In this document: piece after piece, positions 12,291-26,717 of the stretch
Layout of the letters: the number at the start of each line of letters is the position of its first letter
Position numbering within the stretch: the stretch's first letter is position 1
Assembly: GCF_006345805.1 (NCBI RefSeq)
Contig: NC_042999.1
Location: 33,356,001 to 33,420,000, forward strand
Source of the DNA: Octopus sinensis
Taxonomy: Eukaryota
Direction: 5' to 3'
DNA: 64,000 nt
The notes under the pieces: generated by a model
What the model saw: the letters and a program-made list of their open reading frames with translations, nothing else
Databases searched by the model: none
What the model was told of the DNA's origin: nothing
Made by a program: the position numbers and the translations under genes

Positions 12291-14857
12291 AAATCCCTAA
12301 ATATCTATACTCCGTCGATGGTTGAATTTATCTTGTTTTCTTTTGCCTTCCTTCTTGACTATTAGTGTGTCAAAGAGGTACGCAACATCAAATGTATAGC
12401 ACATGTGGTGAATCTTATCGACCTTCTCTATAACCGATCTATTATTATTACTGCTATTATTATTGAAGTCGATTTTGCCTTTCATTTTTTAGGGGTGTAT
12501 AAATTAAGTACCAGTCAAGTATTGGATCGATGAAATCGACTAATTGCCTCCCCACAAAGTTTAGTGCCTTGTGCCTTTAGTAGAAATGATTAGCATTATT
12601 ATTAATATTGTTGTTGTAGTTGGTGTTATCGCTGCTACTAATACTACAAATGCTGCAGCTATTACTACTACTACCACCCCCACCATCAATTACTTTACAT
12701 GCATATTAGAATAAATGCATTTTAAAATTCAAATAGAGAACTGTTACGTAGCCTTGTGGCGAGAATTCAGAAGAAAACTTCTTTCTGTATTGAAACGTGT
12801 ATAAAACTTCTGCGATATAAAGTATTACTTAATCTCCATTAAGCTATGATTAAGTCATAAATTATTTAGATAGACGCAGATCGGGGCAAAATGGCAAAAG
12901 TTTCTTTTTATTTCATGATGTAGTAAGGAGATAAATGCTTCTTCATTGCCCTTTATCAGCACCACCAAGATTAAGGGAATGGAAGACGTTATTCGCAGAG
13001 CGTAAACATATCTATATTGCTTGCAAGCATATGGAATATATATATATACCGACCACTACACGAAATATAACCCCAAGGAACAATAAGGCTCCCTCTGACG
13101 TGCTTCCATACAGCTTTCTGTGACCGAAACTGGCTAACAAGGCTTTAGTCGAAACGAGGCAATGTGGAAAAAGATACTTGCGCAAAGTACTGGGCATTTA
13201 ATTATCTTGCTACGAAGTAGATATATGAATCTTTCAATAATACATCTATAAAATGAGTTAAGATAAAATTATACCAGTGATTTCAAATCTCATTGTCGTT
13301 CCAAGAATTCTATTCATGAGATGTGTCCCAAATTTATACTAAGTTTTACTGAAATTTATTCAAACACGTTTTTGGTTCACAATAACAGTAAACGTGTTTC
13401 AATAAAATATATATTTCCCTTCATTTGAGTGTACTTTAGGATTACTGACTTTATTTTATTGTTTTAATTATTGATTATGTCTTAATCGTATATGTCACAC
13501 CTCCTCAGTGTAACGTAGCAATAAGTGTCATGATTTAATATTATCAAAATATATATTTGATTTCATTAGTGGTTTATAAATACATTGGAGGCGTAACACA
13601 ACTAAATATTCTCTAATTAGGTAAGGTCACAGGATAGCAAACTAGATGCTGATTAATAACTTGGGTCTTAATTTAAAAGTATGGAGAAGATTAAATTCAG
13701 GGTATTGGCTTTTATACTTGTTCAAAGAACACCATATTCCTAACATGGTAAAAGGTAGCTATTATTGTCTTTTGATGTAAATTTACAATGGCTGTTCCAA
13801 TTAAAAAGAAAAAAAGGAAGAAATAAAAAGACATACACAGAAAATGCATAGCCATTATTTACAGTTACGCATACATTAATGTACATGAGAAAGTGACGCA
13901 TACATAAAGAAATACGTTATGTATTATTTTCCTCTAGCTCTATGTGTGTGTGTGTGTGCGTGTATCTGTACGTATGTGTGTGCGTGTGTATCCCTAAGGT
14001 ATATACATGCAGATATACGCGCATTCATTCCTACACGCACGCATATACACATATTAAAGTGTTTATCTTTTCCATTCGTGTGTAGAACTAAATCTACAAT
14101 TCTGAAAAGCTTCTGTTTTATTTTCATTCCTCTTTTCTTAATTTATTTCTTCCTTCCTCGTTCAATTGATATAACCATTATAAATATACACCGAGAAAAA
14201 ATAGCTAGGCTTTAGGAATTCCTATTTTCATCCAGAACAATAGCCAAACACTAAAGTCTTCTAGTCTATTAAAAGCAAGGAAGAATAGATTTCTATTAAG
14301 TCCTCGAAACATACAGATGCAGGAAATGCCGCTAAGCATTTTACCCGGCGTTCTAAAGGTTCTGCCAGCTTGCCGCCTTATAAATTATACATATTAACAT
14401 CAATTTTCTTTTACAATTCCTACATCTCTAACGTAGTGTTCAAATAAAGTATTAAGTGTTTTCTTGCTTCTATCATGAAAAGTAACCTAGCCTAGGTAAA
14501 AATCAGTGTATACGCATGAAGATTTGATCTAGTAATCATATCTATCTACTCGGTCTGACATTTTAGATTTCAACGTGAATTAATGTTAAGCTCTTATCAA
14601 TGTTTGCCATGTAAATACAAATATACTCTCAATCACCAAAACTAAAAAATTTAAACGGTGATATGTCTATATATTAACATTTATTTACCATGTGTCGATC
14701 GCGTGTAAAACAAGAAAGTAAACACACGGCATATAGAAACCTTATTTACAAAAACCAAACACGCATATATATGTGTATGTTTTCTTTATATCATCTGTCT
14801 GGATGTTTTGTGTTCTTGTCCCATTTTTTGCATTTTTTATATAAAAATATACATATA

Positions 14858-14930
<73 letters not shown>

Positions 14931-14962
14931 TTTATTTAAAGCAGCAGAAAATTCAACAAAAC

Positions 14963-15000
14963 CTGTTACTCTGAGTTTCCCGTTGCCGTTCATCGGACAG
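14963..15000 (-). ncRNA. Minimal type-I hammerhead motif (CCGATGA core) in a 125-bp insert between (AT)n tracts
   Basis: ctgt-CCGATGA-acg-gcaa-cgg-GAAA-ctc-a-gag-TA-acag: stem I ctgt/acag, short GNRA-capped stem II, near-palindromic stem III, GUA site. Confidence 0.65.
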
Positions 15001-15051
15001 TTTTTGCTAGAAACCTTTTTCCACCTTGTTTCACATTTATGTGTTTACTCC

Positions 15052-15140
<89 letters not shown>

Positions 15141-15200
15141 ATATATATATGTATACACATGCATATATATATATACACACATACATATATATATATATTT

Positions 15201-16061
15201 TATCCTTTTTATTATATTCTACACATACACACACACACATATATATATATATATGTGTGTGTGTGTAGAATATAATAAAAAGGATAGAATTGCGTTAATG
15301 GCGTTTATCAGGTAGTAAGCATGGTATAAAAATTTATAGGTAATTTATACTTTAAATGAATTATTATATACATAGTATATAATTATATTAAGGGAGCAGG
15401 AGCGAAATCAGGTTCAAAGTGCTGAGGCACTGAAAAACTACCGAAAACACATGACTGGAATCGGGCTAGTGAAAACGTATTAAATAGACTTCACGTTAAT
15501 TGTGAATTGGGTCTAATTTCTGAATTAAAACCATAAAAAGAAGCTTTCTTCCTTCGTGAACAAAATGCACGGGAAATGCATACCGTACACAGCAGATTCG
15601 CACGTTTACATATATCTACACGTATAAATCCAAGATAAGTCAAATTTAAATCCTTTCCCCACAGCCACGTGTATATTATCAGAATAGCCCCGAGGGAAAT
15701 GCTATTCCGATCAAGAGTAAAAAGAATTAAATTATTTTATTTCACTTACAAATTCGTAACGGAAAATAAGGATAAAATCACCTTAATAATGTTTATCAGG
15801 TAGTCAGCATGCTATGAAAATTTACAGGTAATTTATATATTAAATTAATATTTGTATACATAAGCATATGCAATCTGGAGATTTTTGTACTTTTTGAGTA
15901 ACACAGCACTTGAAGCATGTTCGTGATTTATCGTTTTCCCCTTGGTCCCTCAATATAGTTATATACATATGTATATAATTATTAATTTAAAGTATAAATT
16001 ACCTATAAATTTTTATAGCATGCTGACTACCTGATAAAAATCATTAACATGATTTTATCCC
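15201..16061. mobile_element. About 488-bp Penelope-like non-coding unit with partial tandem and inverted copies
   Basis: aggata..gtttatcaggtag..agcatg occurs at 15281 and 15769 (direct) and is reverse-complemented at about 15880-16061. Palindrome at 15201-15284. Confidence 0.7.
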
Positions 16062-16084
16062 TAAATATATATAATTATATAATT

Positions 16085-16382
16085 ATTGAAGGCCCACAGC
16101 TCTTCAATATCCTCCCGAAGAACCTGAGAGACCTGCATGGGGTGGATACAGATGTCTTTAAAATGAAGCTGGATCTCTTCCTGTCAGGTGTCCCAGATGA
16201 ACCAACTTCACGGCAGGAGGGGCAGATGAGGGCAGCTGCATCGAACTCTCTCATGCACCAAATAGCAGTTGCTAGAAAGCCTCCATGAAGTGAAACCAAG
16301 TAGCAACACCAAATGGCGGTGCCCCAGCATGGCCACAGCTCATAAGCTGAAACTAGAATCAATCAATCAATCAATCAATCAA
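16085..16382 (+). mobile_element. CR1-like LINE 3' end with (ATCA)n tail
   Basis: GPQLFNILPKNLRDL..FKMKLDLFLSGVPDEP resembles the CR1-group RT C-terminus. Short 3'UTR and tetranucleotide tail. Confidence 0.75.
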
Positions 16383-16403
16383 TATATATATATAATATAT
16401 ATA

Positions 16404-16458
<55 letters not shown>

Positions 16459-16487
16459 TAGATAGATAGATAGATAGATATATATAT

Positions 16488-16523
<36 letters not shown>

Positions 16524-16592
16524 ATAGATAAATAGATACATACATACATACATACATACGCAGACAGACAGACAGATAGATAGAAAGATAGC

Positions 16593-16659
<67 letters not shown>

Positions 16660-16660
16660 A
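16383..16660. repeat. (AT)n/(TAGA)n compound microsatellite
   Basis: Direct reading. Confidence 0.95.
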
Positions 16661-17092
16661 GAGACAAAAATTACTTGGAAACGGATGCGTGGCGTTCGAT
16701 CATATATTAATATAAATACTATATAAATATGTTGTGTCGACGCCCCCCAGACGATGAAGTAGGCTAGCCCAATAGATAGATATAGAGGAGGAAGTCTAGA
16801 CGTCATCAGAATAGAGCAGAGCTGAATAGAGGTCATCCGAACGTGCAACATAACAGTGGCGACGAGGATAAGATGCTCACCACTGTGTAGTATTGAGATA
16901 TAACATTGGCGACGAGGTTTCGAATAGTAACGAAATGGAAGAGTTACTGAAAGCAGTTTTAAAACAACAAGAGTGACGGTGAGAGTGAAGTAGAATTGAG
17001 ACAGGCATCTGAACGTGCGACATAACAAAATATATTCATATATACATGCATATACGTGCATACCTACATATATAAGTATATATACATGCATA

Positions 17093-17872
17093 ATGGGTAC
17101 ACGACATAAAAAAAAAACGTTGAACCTAATGAGAAACGTAAATATAAATACAAAAACATAGAAAACGAACTTTTTTCGAACAACGAAAAAATAAGAAAAA
17201 CAGAGAAACGAGACGATCAACATAAAGAACATTCCCCTTCATCAGTTGTCCCTGTTTCAACTACTCCGCGTTTTCGAAGGCAAGGAAAATACGCGCCTTT
17301 GTTGAAACAGTCCTTCCCGCAAAGCAAATTAAATAAAATTGGTGATTTTTTGCTGAGGGTGAAAGTGGTAACAAGAACAGGACAGTGAGGACAAGACAGT
17401 AGAAACAAACGGAGTGGGCTGTTAAGCCAAGACGATAGAAAAGTATTATGAACGCTAGGAATAAGAGCTTATGAAAAGAGACAGGTAAAAGCTGTCTTTA
17501 TGAAGGATACGGGCAGAAAGCTAGATTTCCTTTCGTCACATGTCAGTGACGAGAGAGTCAAGGAGGAAGAGTGAGAGAGAGGTAACGGTGAAGAGGAGAG
17601 GAGAAGAATAGGGAAGGGTGGCAGAGAAAACCACAAATGAAGAAGAACAAGAGAGGGAGAGGGATAGACAGAGAAAAGATAGTAGAGATAGTTGAAGAAC
17701 AAGAGAAGGAGAGAGATAGACAGAGAAGCGATAGTAGAGATAGAAGAGTGCGCATCGTAATTATTAAGATAAAACTTACTTGGAAAAGGAGGCGTGACGT
17801 TGGTCATATAATAATATATATAATATATAAAAATATGCATATATACTTACATATATGTACATAACTACATAT

Positions 17873-17928
<56 letters not shown>

Positions 17929-18052
17929 ATGCTTATATGGGTACAGGACATCAAAATATCGTTGAAGACAATGAAAAGCGAAAACATATAAACAATAACA
18001 GGAAACGAGCTCTTTTCGAACGACGAAAAAAACAGAGAAACGGGAAATCAAC
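17093..18052 (-). mobile_element. About 844-bp non-coding Penelope-like unit with partial tandem repeat
   Basis: atgggtaca-gacat...tttcgaac-acgaaaaaa..acagagaaacg at 17093 and 17937. Purine-rich body, microsatellite flanks, carries a permuted hammerhead-like motif. Confidence 0.65.
17234..17310 (-). ncRNA. Candidate non-circularly permuted hammerhead ribozyme
   Basis: CUGUUUCAAC AAAGG CGC GUA UUUUCC UUG CCUUC GAAA ACGCG GAGUA GUUGAAACAG GGACAA CUGAUGA AGGGG; see findings. Confidence 0.55.
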
Positions 18053-18079
18053 CCCCCTCCATATATATATATGTATGTA

Positions 18080-18136
<57 letters not shown>

Positions 18137-18839
18137 GTTATCGTCACTGTCTACAATTTTGTCCCAATTGATTTCAAATTTGATATATCGATTAAGTTTT
18201 GTAAACTAATTATGAATTTATTTTTCCTATAAATTCATAATTAAAAAGTTATTACCCTTTAAAATTTGCTAAATTTGAGTATTTTACCCAATCAGAAGCG
18301 AACATTTTACACATCACCGTCGAGTTTCGTTTGCATATTTAAATAAAGCACCATGAGTTCCATAGCTGATTCCGAATGTTTCTATTTCCATAGTAACCGA
18401 AAATGCTGCACATACGCACATGGAGTGTAACAACTAAATTGAGTGTAATCAACAAATTGAGATACCTGAGGATTTTAAAAGCGCCAGTGTGAGGCACACC
18501 GTTCCATGGTTGACCCTTGTCTTTCTGAATTTATGTGGAGGAGGAGATACGAGAAAGATAATTTATTTTACAGAATCCTAGAGTGAACTTCACATTTTTG
18601 TTCTTGTATATTTTAAGTATATTTTAAGTAATATTTTAACTGTTTATTCGAGCAACACCTGCTGGTTTACTCGTAGCTTTTAAATATTTAATTTGCTCAC
18701 GAATCTTTTATTGTTTTCGCTGTTTTACTTTGCTCATGTATATTTTAATATTTTGACTATTATTTCTAGCAACTCCTGCAGGTTTCATCGTAGCTTTTAA
18801 ATTAATTATTATATACATATTCATCGTAGCTTTTAAATT

Positions 18840-20000
<1,161 letters not shown>

Positions 20001-20089
20001 TGGCACCTCCGACGGGACCCGAACCCGCAATTCCCAGCTTACTTCTACCACCATGAGGGCATATTAGGAGGCCGGTGCCTTATCCATTA
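20001..20089 (-). pseudogene. 5'-truncated tRNA-Arg(CCT) retrocopy with 25-nt intron and encoded CCA
   Basis: taatggataaggca-ccggc-ctCCTa-[25 nt, 20040-20064]-a-gctgg-gaatt-gcggg-ttcgggt-cccgt-cggaggt-g-CCA. The acceptor 5' strand is missing. Confidence 0.8.
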
Positions 20090-20784
20090 ATTTGTTCTAG
20101 AATCTGTTAATGTTTTCACGGTTTACTTTAATGTTTTGACTTTCTGTTTCCCCACACGCGCACACACACGCTTCTCGCTACTGTGACAGATGTTGGTAGA
20201 AGCAGTGAACGCGTTGTTTTCTGATTGGTTGAAAATCCTGAAAATTATCTCATTTTGAACATCTGTAGCATTTTTGCAAAAATTTTTTCTGGAATTCATG
20301 AAAAACAAATTCCGATTCGGCGTCAAAGATTACATCTATATGATGTATTAACATCTAATTTTTTTTAAGATTTTGACATGCAGTTACGATAACCACAAAG
20401 ATCCAAAGAAAATACTCTCTCACTCCTTCCATGTATATACATGTATGTGTGCATGTGTATGCATGTGTGTGCGTCTGTGTGTGTCTGTGTATCAGTGATT
20501 GTATCTGTGTGGTTATGTGCGTGTGTGTATGTATGTGTTGGTGTACTTGCGCGTCTCTCGTCTTTTTATGCTCATAAAAAGGAGAGTAACATAGTGCGTT
20601 CGTGAATGTGCGCATTTCTCTGCGTGCATTTATTTAACTATGCATATATTGTGCGAAACAGAGCAGAAAGCTGAACAGCTGAAATACGGTTTAATATTTC
20701 AAAGTATCACTGACGCTGAACTTTGAAATATCATATAATCTTATAATAATGATAATAATAATAATAATAATGAAATTATTGTAT

Positions 20785-21190
20785 ACAGTGCCCAACTTGT
20801 CAGAAAGTGCATATAAAGTACATGCAGTAATGTAGAAATGTCTGGAAAGCGAACAATGTATGAGTCGGATACATGCTTGTGTGTGTATGGAGGGGAGAAA
20901 ATCAAGTGTAGTGTTGGCGAATCTCAGGAAGCATGGAAGTTTTGAAGGATGCAGTGCTCCGACAACTAACAACTGACGCCGGCAGTTTGTTCCATGCTTC
21001 AGCAACTCTCAGCGTGAAAAAATGTTTCCTGAAGTCATGGGAGCTGTGCTGTTTTCTTACTTTGTAAATATGTCCACGGGTGTTAGACGGGTGGAGTTGA
21101 AAAGGTGCTCAGAGTTATTGTTGATAATTTTATGGGTGTCTGCCAAGTCAGCTGCCAAACGTCGGAGTTTCAATCTTAAGCTACTCATGC
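20785..21190 (-). mobile_element. CR1-like LINE 3' fragment
   Basis: Minus strand reads SLKLRRLAADLADTHKII, then after a frameshift HFFTLRVAEAWNKLPASVV..FK, typical of the CR1 RT tail. Confidence 0.75.
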
Positions 21191-21834
21191 ATGGAAAAAT
21201 TAAAAGGATGACTTCTGGTGGATACGTTTACGTTTTGTTGACAACTTATCAAAATAACACAAAGATGGTTGTCCCCTCCAATCAGTAGCAAAGATCTACT
21301 GTGTGTAGAACACTCATGAATTAGGCAAGTAATATATACATATATGTGCATGTATGTATGTATACGTCATTAAATTCGCATTTAATACAATAATAAATTG
21401 GGTGGTTTTGGGGTGTTAGGTGATGCCCGTGATGGTGCTTCGCTTTTCCAACCCCTTATCCTCGCCATCACCCGTGGCAATACTGCGGGTGTGCTGGTTT
21501 GCTTCAATAGGTTCAGTTGAACCTTGTAGTGTGCGATCAATCGAAACATTTGGTGCTGTTGATGCATTTTTCTTTCTTTTCTTTCTCCTTTTTCCTTGCT
21601 ATTTTACATTTCTTTGTCTCTCTTTTGTAAAATATATTCCTCTTCATACTTTGAATAGAAATCTGCAACTTAGCTGATAAATGTATACCTTTTTATTCAG
21701 TCACAAAGAGATTATGTATGTGTGCGTGTGTGTTTGTGTGTAATGAATATTTATATCAATGTATGAGTGGATGCTTGTGCTTATATTTTAGATGTCATTG
21801 TATGGCATACTGAGCAATATTCCGCTTGGTACAA

Positions 21835-22302
21835 AGCGGCGACCTGGCAGAAACGTTAGCACGCCGGGCGAAATGCTTAGCGGTATTTCGTCTGCCGTTA
21901 CGTTCTCAGTTCAAATTCCGCCGAGGTCGACTTTACCTTTCAACCATTCGGGGTCGATAAATTAAGTACCAGTTACGCAATGGGGTCGATCTAATCGCCT
22001 TAATGCCTTTGTCTGTCCTTGTTTGTTCCATCTATGTTTAGTCCCTTGCGGGCAATAAAGAAATAAGAAACATTAGCATGCCGGACGAAATGCTTAACGA
22101 TATTTCGTATATCTTTAGGTTCTAAGTTCCCCCGAGGTCGACTTTGCCTTTCATCCTTTCGGGATTGATAAATTAAGTACCAGTTGCGTACTGGGGTCTA
22201 CCTAATCAGCTGGTCCCCTCCCCCAAAATTTCGGGCCTTGTGCCTAGCGTAGAAAATAAATGTTAGCACGCCGGGCGAAATGCTTGACGGTATTTTGCCT
22301 GT
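21835..22302 (+). mobile_element. Tandem tRNA-derived SINE family A units
   Basis: Three starts of ttagca-gccgg-cgaaatgctt; B-box-like gttcaaattcc; two different 3' tails. Confidence 0.85.
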
Positions 22303-25300
22303 TTGTTATTGAAAATTTATTGTCGGAGTGTGTTCGTAAAGTAGATTTCTGTTAATTGTTATATTGTTATATTTCTTGTTGTGCCTAATGCTGGACTTAT
22401 TGTTTAAAAAATGTATTATAGTTTTCTTTCGAAAGCCATCTGTGGTTTTCCCCCGTGGGGGAAAACATTAATTGCCGGCAAGATGTCGAAAAGTGTCTTC
22501 GCCGGGTGAAGATTCATCGACCCAGCGGGAAGCGAGGAAAATAGAAAGTTTAATTTTTGATAACATTTCTGATGTTTCGGAAACTGAATTCCCCGCATTA
22601 CCAAAAGTTACGGGTACCAAAAGAAATATAGAAGCGAAGGACATTCAAAATGAAGAACGAAATAGTTTTGCGTTAGCAGCTGGTAGTGAAATGCGACAGC
22701 TGTCAACTGACAAAAAGACAATTATTAAAATACAATGAAATAATAACGGCACGAGATGGAGTGGTAAAAGTAGAAATACCAAAAGAACAATTAACGGAAG
22801 AAAAAAAGAAAATTATTATTTTTAAGACATTCTACTTAAAAGCTCGAAAAATTGACAAGATATGTGAGCGAAAAAAGTTTAAAACACATCTGGCAGGACA
22901 TTATATACCTAGCCAGAGGGAAGAAGTTTGGAACCATCGAGTTGAGGTTCAAGAACGCAGAAACGGCACAACAACACTCTGTAAAATCATTAGAGTTGGA
23001 AGTCACATTATTTATCCCAATTTACATGGAAATGAGAACATCGAAGTTTAGAATACCAAACGTTCCACCCGGAGTAAACCCTATGTGCATGATGGCGGCA
23101 GTCCTGTCAAACAGGGAGGATAACATAAACCTCCTGCAGGTTACGTCACAGAGAATACATATTGCTCTGGACAAACTCCCAATCTGTTACTGCAAGCAGA
23201 GCAGAACTTTTAGAACAGCTCGCAGAAATAGTAGAAGTAAGGGAGGAAGTTCTGAATAGTTTTGTTTAGGGGCGTAAGTCCCGCTGTTTCCAGTGTGGCC
23301 CTGTGGGTCACATTAAAAAATATTGTAAAGAAGGTGAAGAAGAATCGGACGTTGAAGAGGAAGAAAGAGAGAGAGGGTAACTGAAGGAAAAATGAACAAA
23401 AAAAGAAAAATGGAAGGCTCGAACCAGCAAAAGCAGAACGAGCCGAGACAATAAAAGACAGCCCAGAGAGACAGACCGAGGATGGCGGAAGAAGAGACGA
23501 ACAGGGGAATAGTTGCACTACACAGCGAAAATGAGGACTTAATGCGTGATATAAAAACGAAAAAATCAGCCACTAGGCTTATTGAACTATCAGACAAATA
23601 TAAACTTTATGAATTTTACGAAGTGGACAAAAAACATATAATATCTTGTGTAACACGTATAGAAAATCGGTCTCATCATTGGGATTTAATTTTGCTCAAT
23701 CTATATATGAAGGCTTGCCACCTCCGACCCTAAGTCAAGAAAAAGTGGAGAGTACCTTCCACAGGACGCCCCGATCTAAAAGTGACGTTGTCTATTCACA
23801 TTGGTTGTATAAATGTCAGTGGCCTGATGTCGAGTTGGAAGCAAGAGCTCTTCCTAAATGACATCATGTCAAGAAATTTGGATGTAATTGTTGCAACGGA
23901 AACCCGGGTGCAGGAGACAAGATATATTCCCCCTCCTGAACGGCTACGAGAAATACGTTTCTACAAGTCGGGCGGGTGGCGGGGCGGTGTGTTGATCCTA
24001 CTAAAAAGAAAGCGGGTAACCGAGAAAAGGTTGTTTTTTCTGATCTAGAAAACAGGCTTGTCGTTCTCTGCCTGACGTTCAGATATGGCAAGACAATCAG
24101 GCTGGTTGCAATTTATGCACCCAAAGTTATGGGTCCGCAAAGTGAGGGCAAGTTCATGCCCACGTTGCATTCGCTAGTAGCATTCGCTAGTATTGATGGG
24201 AGACTTTAACACAATTTATGACGCACACACAGAATGTGTTGGCTCGAACATGAATAGAAAATGTAACCCTGGCTTTCGGGATCTGCTGAGTTACATTCAA
24301 CTGCCAGATCCATATAGGTTAGAACATCCAAACACTCCTCAGTGGACGTGATCAAATAGTGATGTGTCTTCCAGAACATATATAGATAGGGTGTTAATTA
24401 GAAAAACAGATAATTGCACAGCTAAGTGTCAATAGTTTCATCTAGTTAGCTACAGTGATCACAAGATGGTTACCTGTAAACTGACAGCAGATAAGTTACA
24501 TAGACAGGGATCTCGCTATTGGAAACTCAATACGTCCATTTTGGTGATTGATGAGTACAGAAAGCAGATCATGAATTTAATTCAGAGGGCATTGACAGAT
24601 ACAGATACCATTATAAATAATAAATGGTGGTACACCCTTAAAGGAGCCATGAAATATGAGTCTATTAGGTTTAGCATAAGTTTAGCTAAGAAGAGACGTA
24701 GAATAAGAGATGGTATAGTTAAGGAAGTAGAAGAAGCTTTGGGGTATGGTAATGCGGACCAAGTGAAAGTGAAGAGACTGGAGTTGAATCAGTATCTTGA
24801 AACCCAACACATGGGAATAATTACTAGAGCTAAGTTACCTGCGATGGGAAGTGAAGGAATCAATGTCGCTGGATGAGCCCGAGTGGTGGAAGCTCGACAA
24901 GGAAATAGTTCCACTATTCGGTCTATGACGAACTGAAATGGTGTCTTGGTTAATGAACCGGAGGAAATTTGTGAGGCATTTCGGGAGTACTTCGTCCAGC
25001 TGTTGGGGGAAGAGTGATGGCGGGTCTGATGGTAGGGACGTCCTCGAGGACTTTCTTGCCGGGCTACCATGCATCTCGGTGTCGGATGCAGAGGCTTGCG
25101 AGGGGCCGATCACGCCTGGGGAGGTGACGGAGGTTATAGCTGACTGTATAGCGGGTAAGTCGCCGGGATTTGATGGTTTTCTTTACGAGCTATATAAATG
25201 TATGCCAGAATTATTCGGGCACCTACTGGCTAGCGTGTACGCGAACAGGCAATAGAAAGGGTTTATCCCCAGATCTGTGCGCCGAGGAGTGAGGCCGTTG

Positions 25301-26717
25301 ATCAGAAAGGGCCCGGACTGCCATCAGACAGTGTTGTTGTGCGCTGAACAGAGGGACCGGTTAAATAACTGTGATTCTGGTTTGGACCAGGCCTCCAGAT
25401 AGAGAAGAACTGGACGGAGGTTTCGAGCAAGGTGGCTGCAATAGTCAATACCTGGTCTTGGCGGTGGCTATCCCTGAAAGGAAGGGCGGAGGTGGCCAAT
25501 GTGTTTATCGCATCGGTCATTACCTACCCCATGACCGTCGTGCCCTATCCGGATTCGAGGGTGATCAGGTTGGAGAAAGTGCTCTTTCGCTTTTTGTGGA
25601 AGTGCAAGTCGCCACTTGTGAAACGTTCTATCTGTTGCCAGAAGCCGTTAAAGGGAGGTTTAGGCATGGTTAATGATGCGCAGGCATGCGCTGAAGTTGA
25701 GGCATCTCTGGATTCTCCTGGATAGTGAACTGGTGTGGTTTTTTGCGAACATGAAGCCTGGTGTTCCCCGTACAGCGATGTCGAGTAAGTGTTATATGGT
25801 GTGTTGTAAAGCCCTCCTGCTATTTCGGCGCTCGGGCAACGCCAACGGTAGGGTTCTACGCGTCCTTTAAATAGTGGGTTGGTAGAGTCTGAATGTGACG
25901 ATGGCTTAGGAGCGACCCTATGTTTCGTCTCGGGTATATTCAACTTGACAACATCGTACATTCGGGTTGAGAACGTTGGACAATTTCCGAAAGTCCTTGA
26001 CCTGGTTATGTTACAGGGACGCCTTGATCGATTGGGATAAACACGCAAGACATGGAATGTTTCACTTTCCGACATGTCCAAGATTCTGGGTGGGTAGGGA
26101 ATCCGTCCCCACGCTATTGTCTGTGCCCAGAGATATTTGAAATGTGGGTTTATGATGAAAACCTGTTGTCCGGCGAAGGAAGAATACAGCTGTCGACTGG
26201 GTCAATTATGAAAATTGACCCACTGGAAATTTTAACAAATGAAAGTAAGAATTGTTTTCTCACTGTTGTTGCAATAGCTAAAGAGGCAGTATGGAAGACT
26301 AGGATAAAAGGGATTAAGACGGGTAACTTTATCTCCGGGCACGAGTTAAAATCGTTTTCCACTTTTCACTTGAAAAGGTAAGTGTGGCTGGAGAAGAGAT
26401 GCCTATCGGAGAGAGTGTTCAAAAAAAGATGGAGGCATGTTGTACGAGTGCTGTGCGTGCAAGGAACCATTTGAATAGGCTATAGAAGAAAAACAAGAGA
26501 TGAAAGAAGTACCAGCGATAGATCGGGGCTGATGGGGTCGGAGCGTGGCCTCATCATCGTTACATTTGTGACTTATTTGTATTGTGTATTTCATTCGATT
26601 CTTATATATTTTATATAATTTTTATATTCATATTTATGTAATATAACGTGTTACTGATCCAAATCATTTGTTTTTTCCCCATTCTTTGCGTAGCCCTCTG
26701 TGGGTAATAAAGAAAGT
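22303..26717 (+). mobile_element. Decayed L1/Tx1-clade LINE (ORF1 zinc knuckle, APE, RT with internal deletion)
   Basis: CFQCGPVGHIKKYC knuckle (about 23285). APE motifs INVSGL, ATETR, IYAP, MGDFN, IDRVLI, SDHK, YWKLN. RT start KSPGFDG..YELYK and later LSLKGRAEVAN and GGLG, with the RT core missing near 25310. TSD-like 13/14 match at 22289-22302 and 26718-26731. Confidence 0.9.

Noticed and set aside
16795-16930. Minus-strand CTGATGA and upstream GAAA
   Set aside because: No supporting helices. The region is explained by internal sub-repeats.
21835-22302. Repeated units with variable intervening sequence as a CRISPR-like array
   Set aside because: They are tandem SINE copies in a eukaryotic context with no cas genes.
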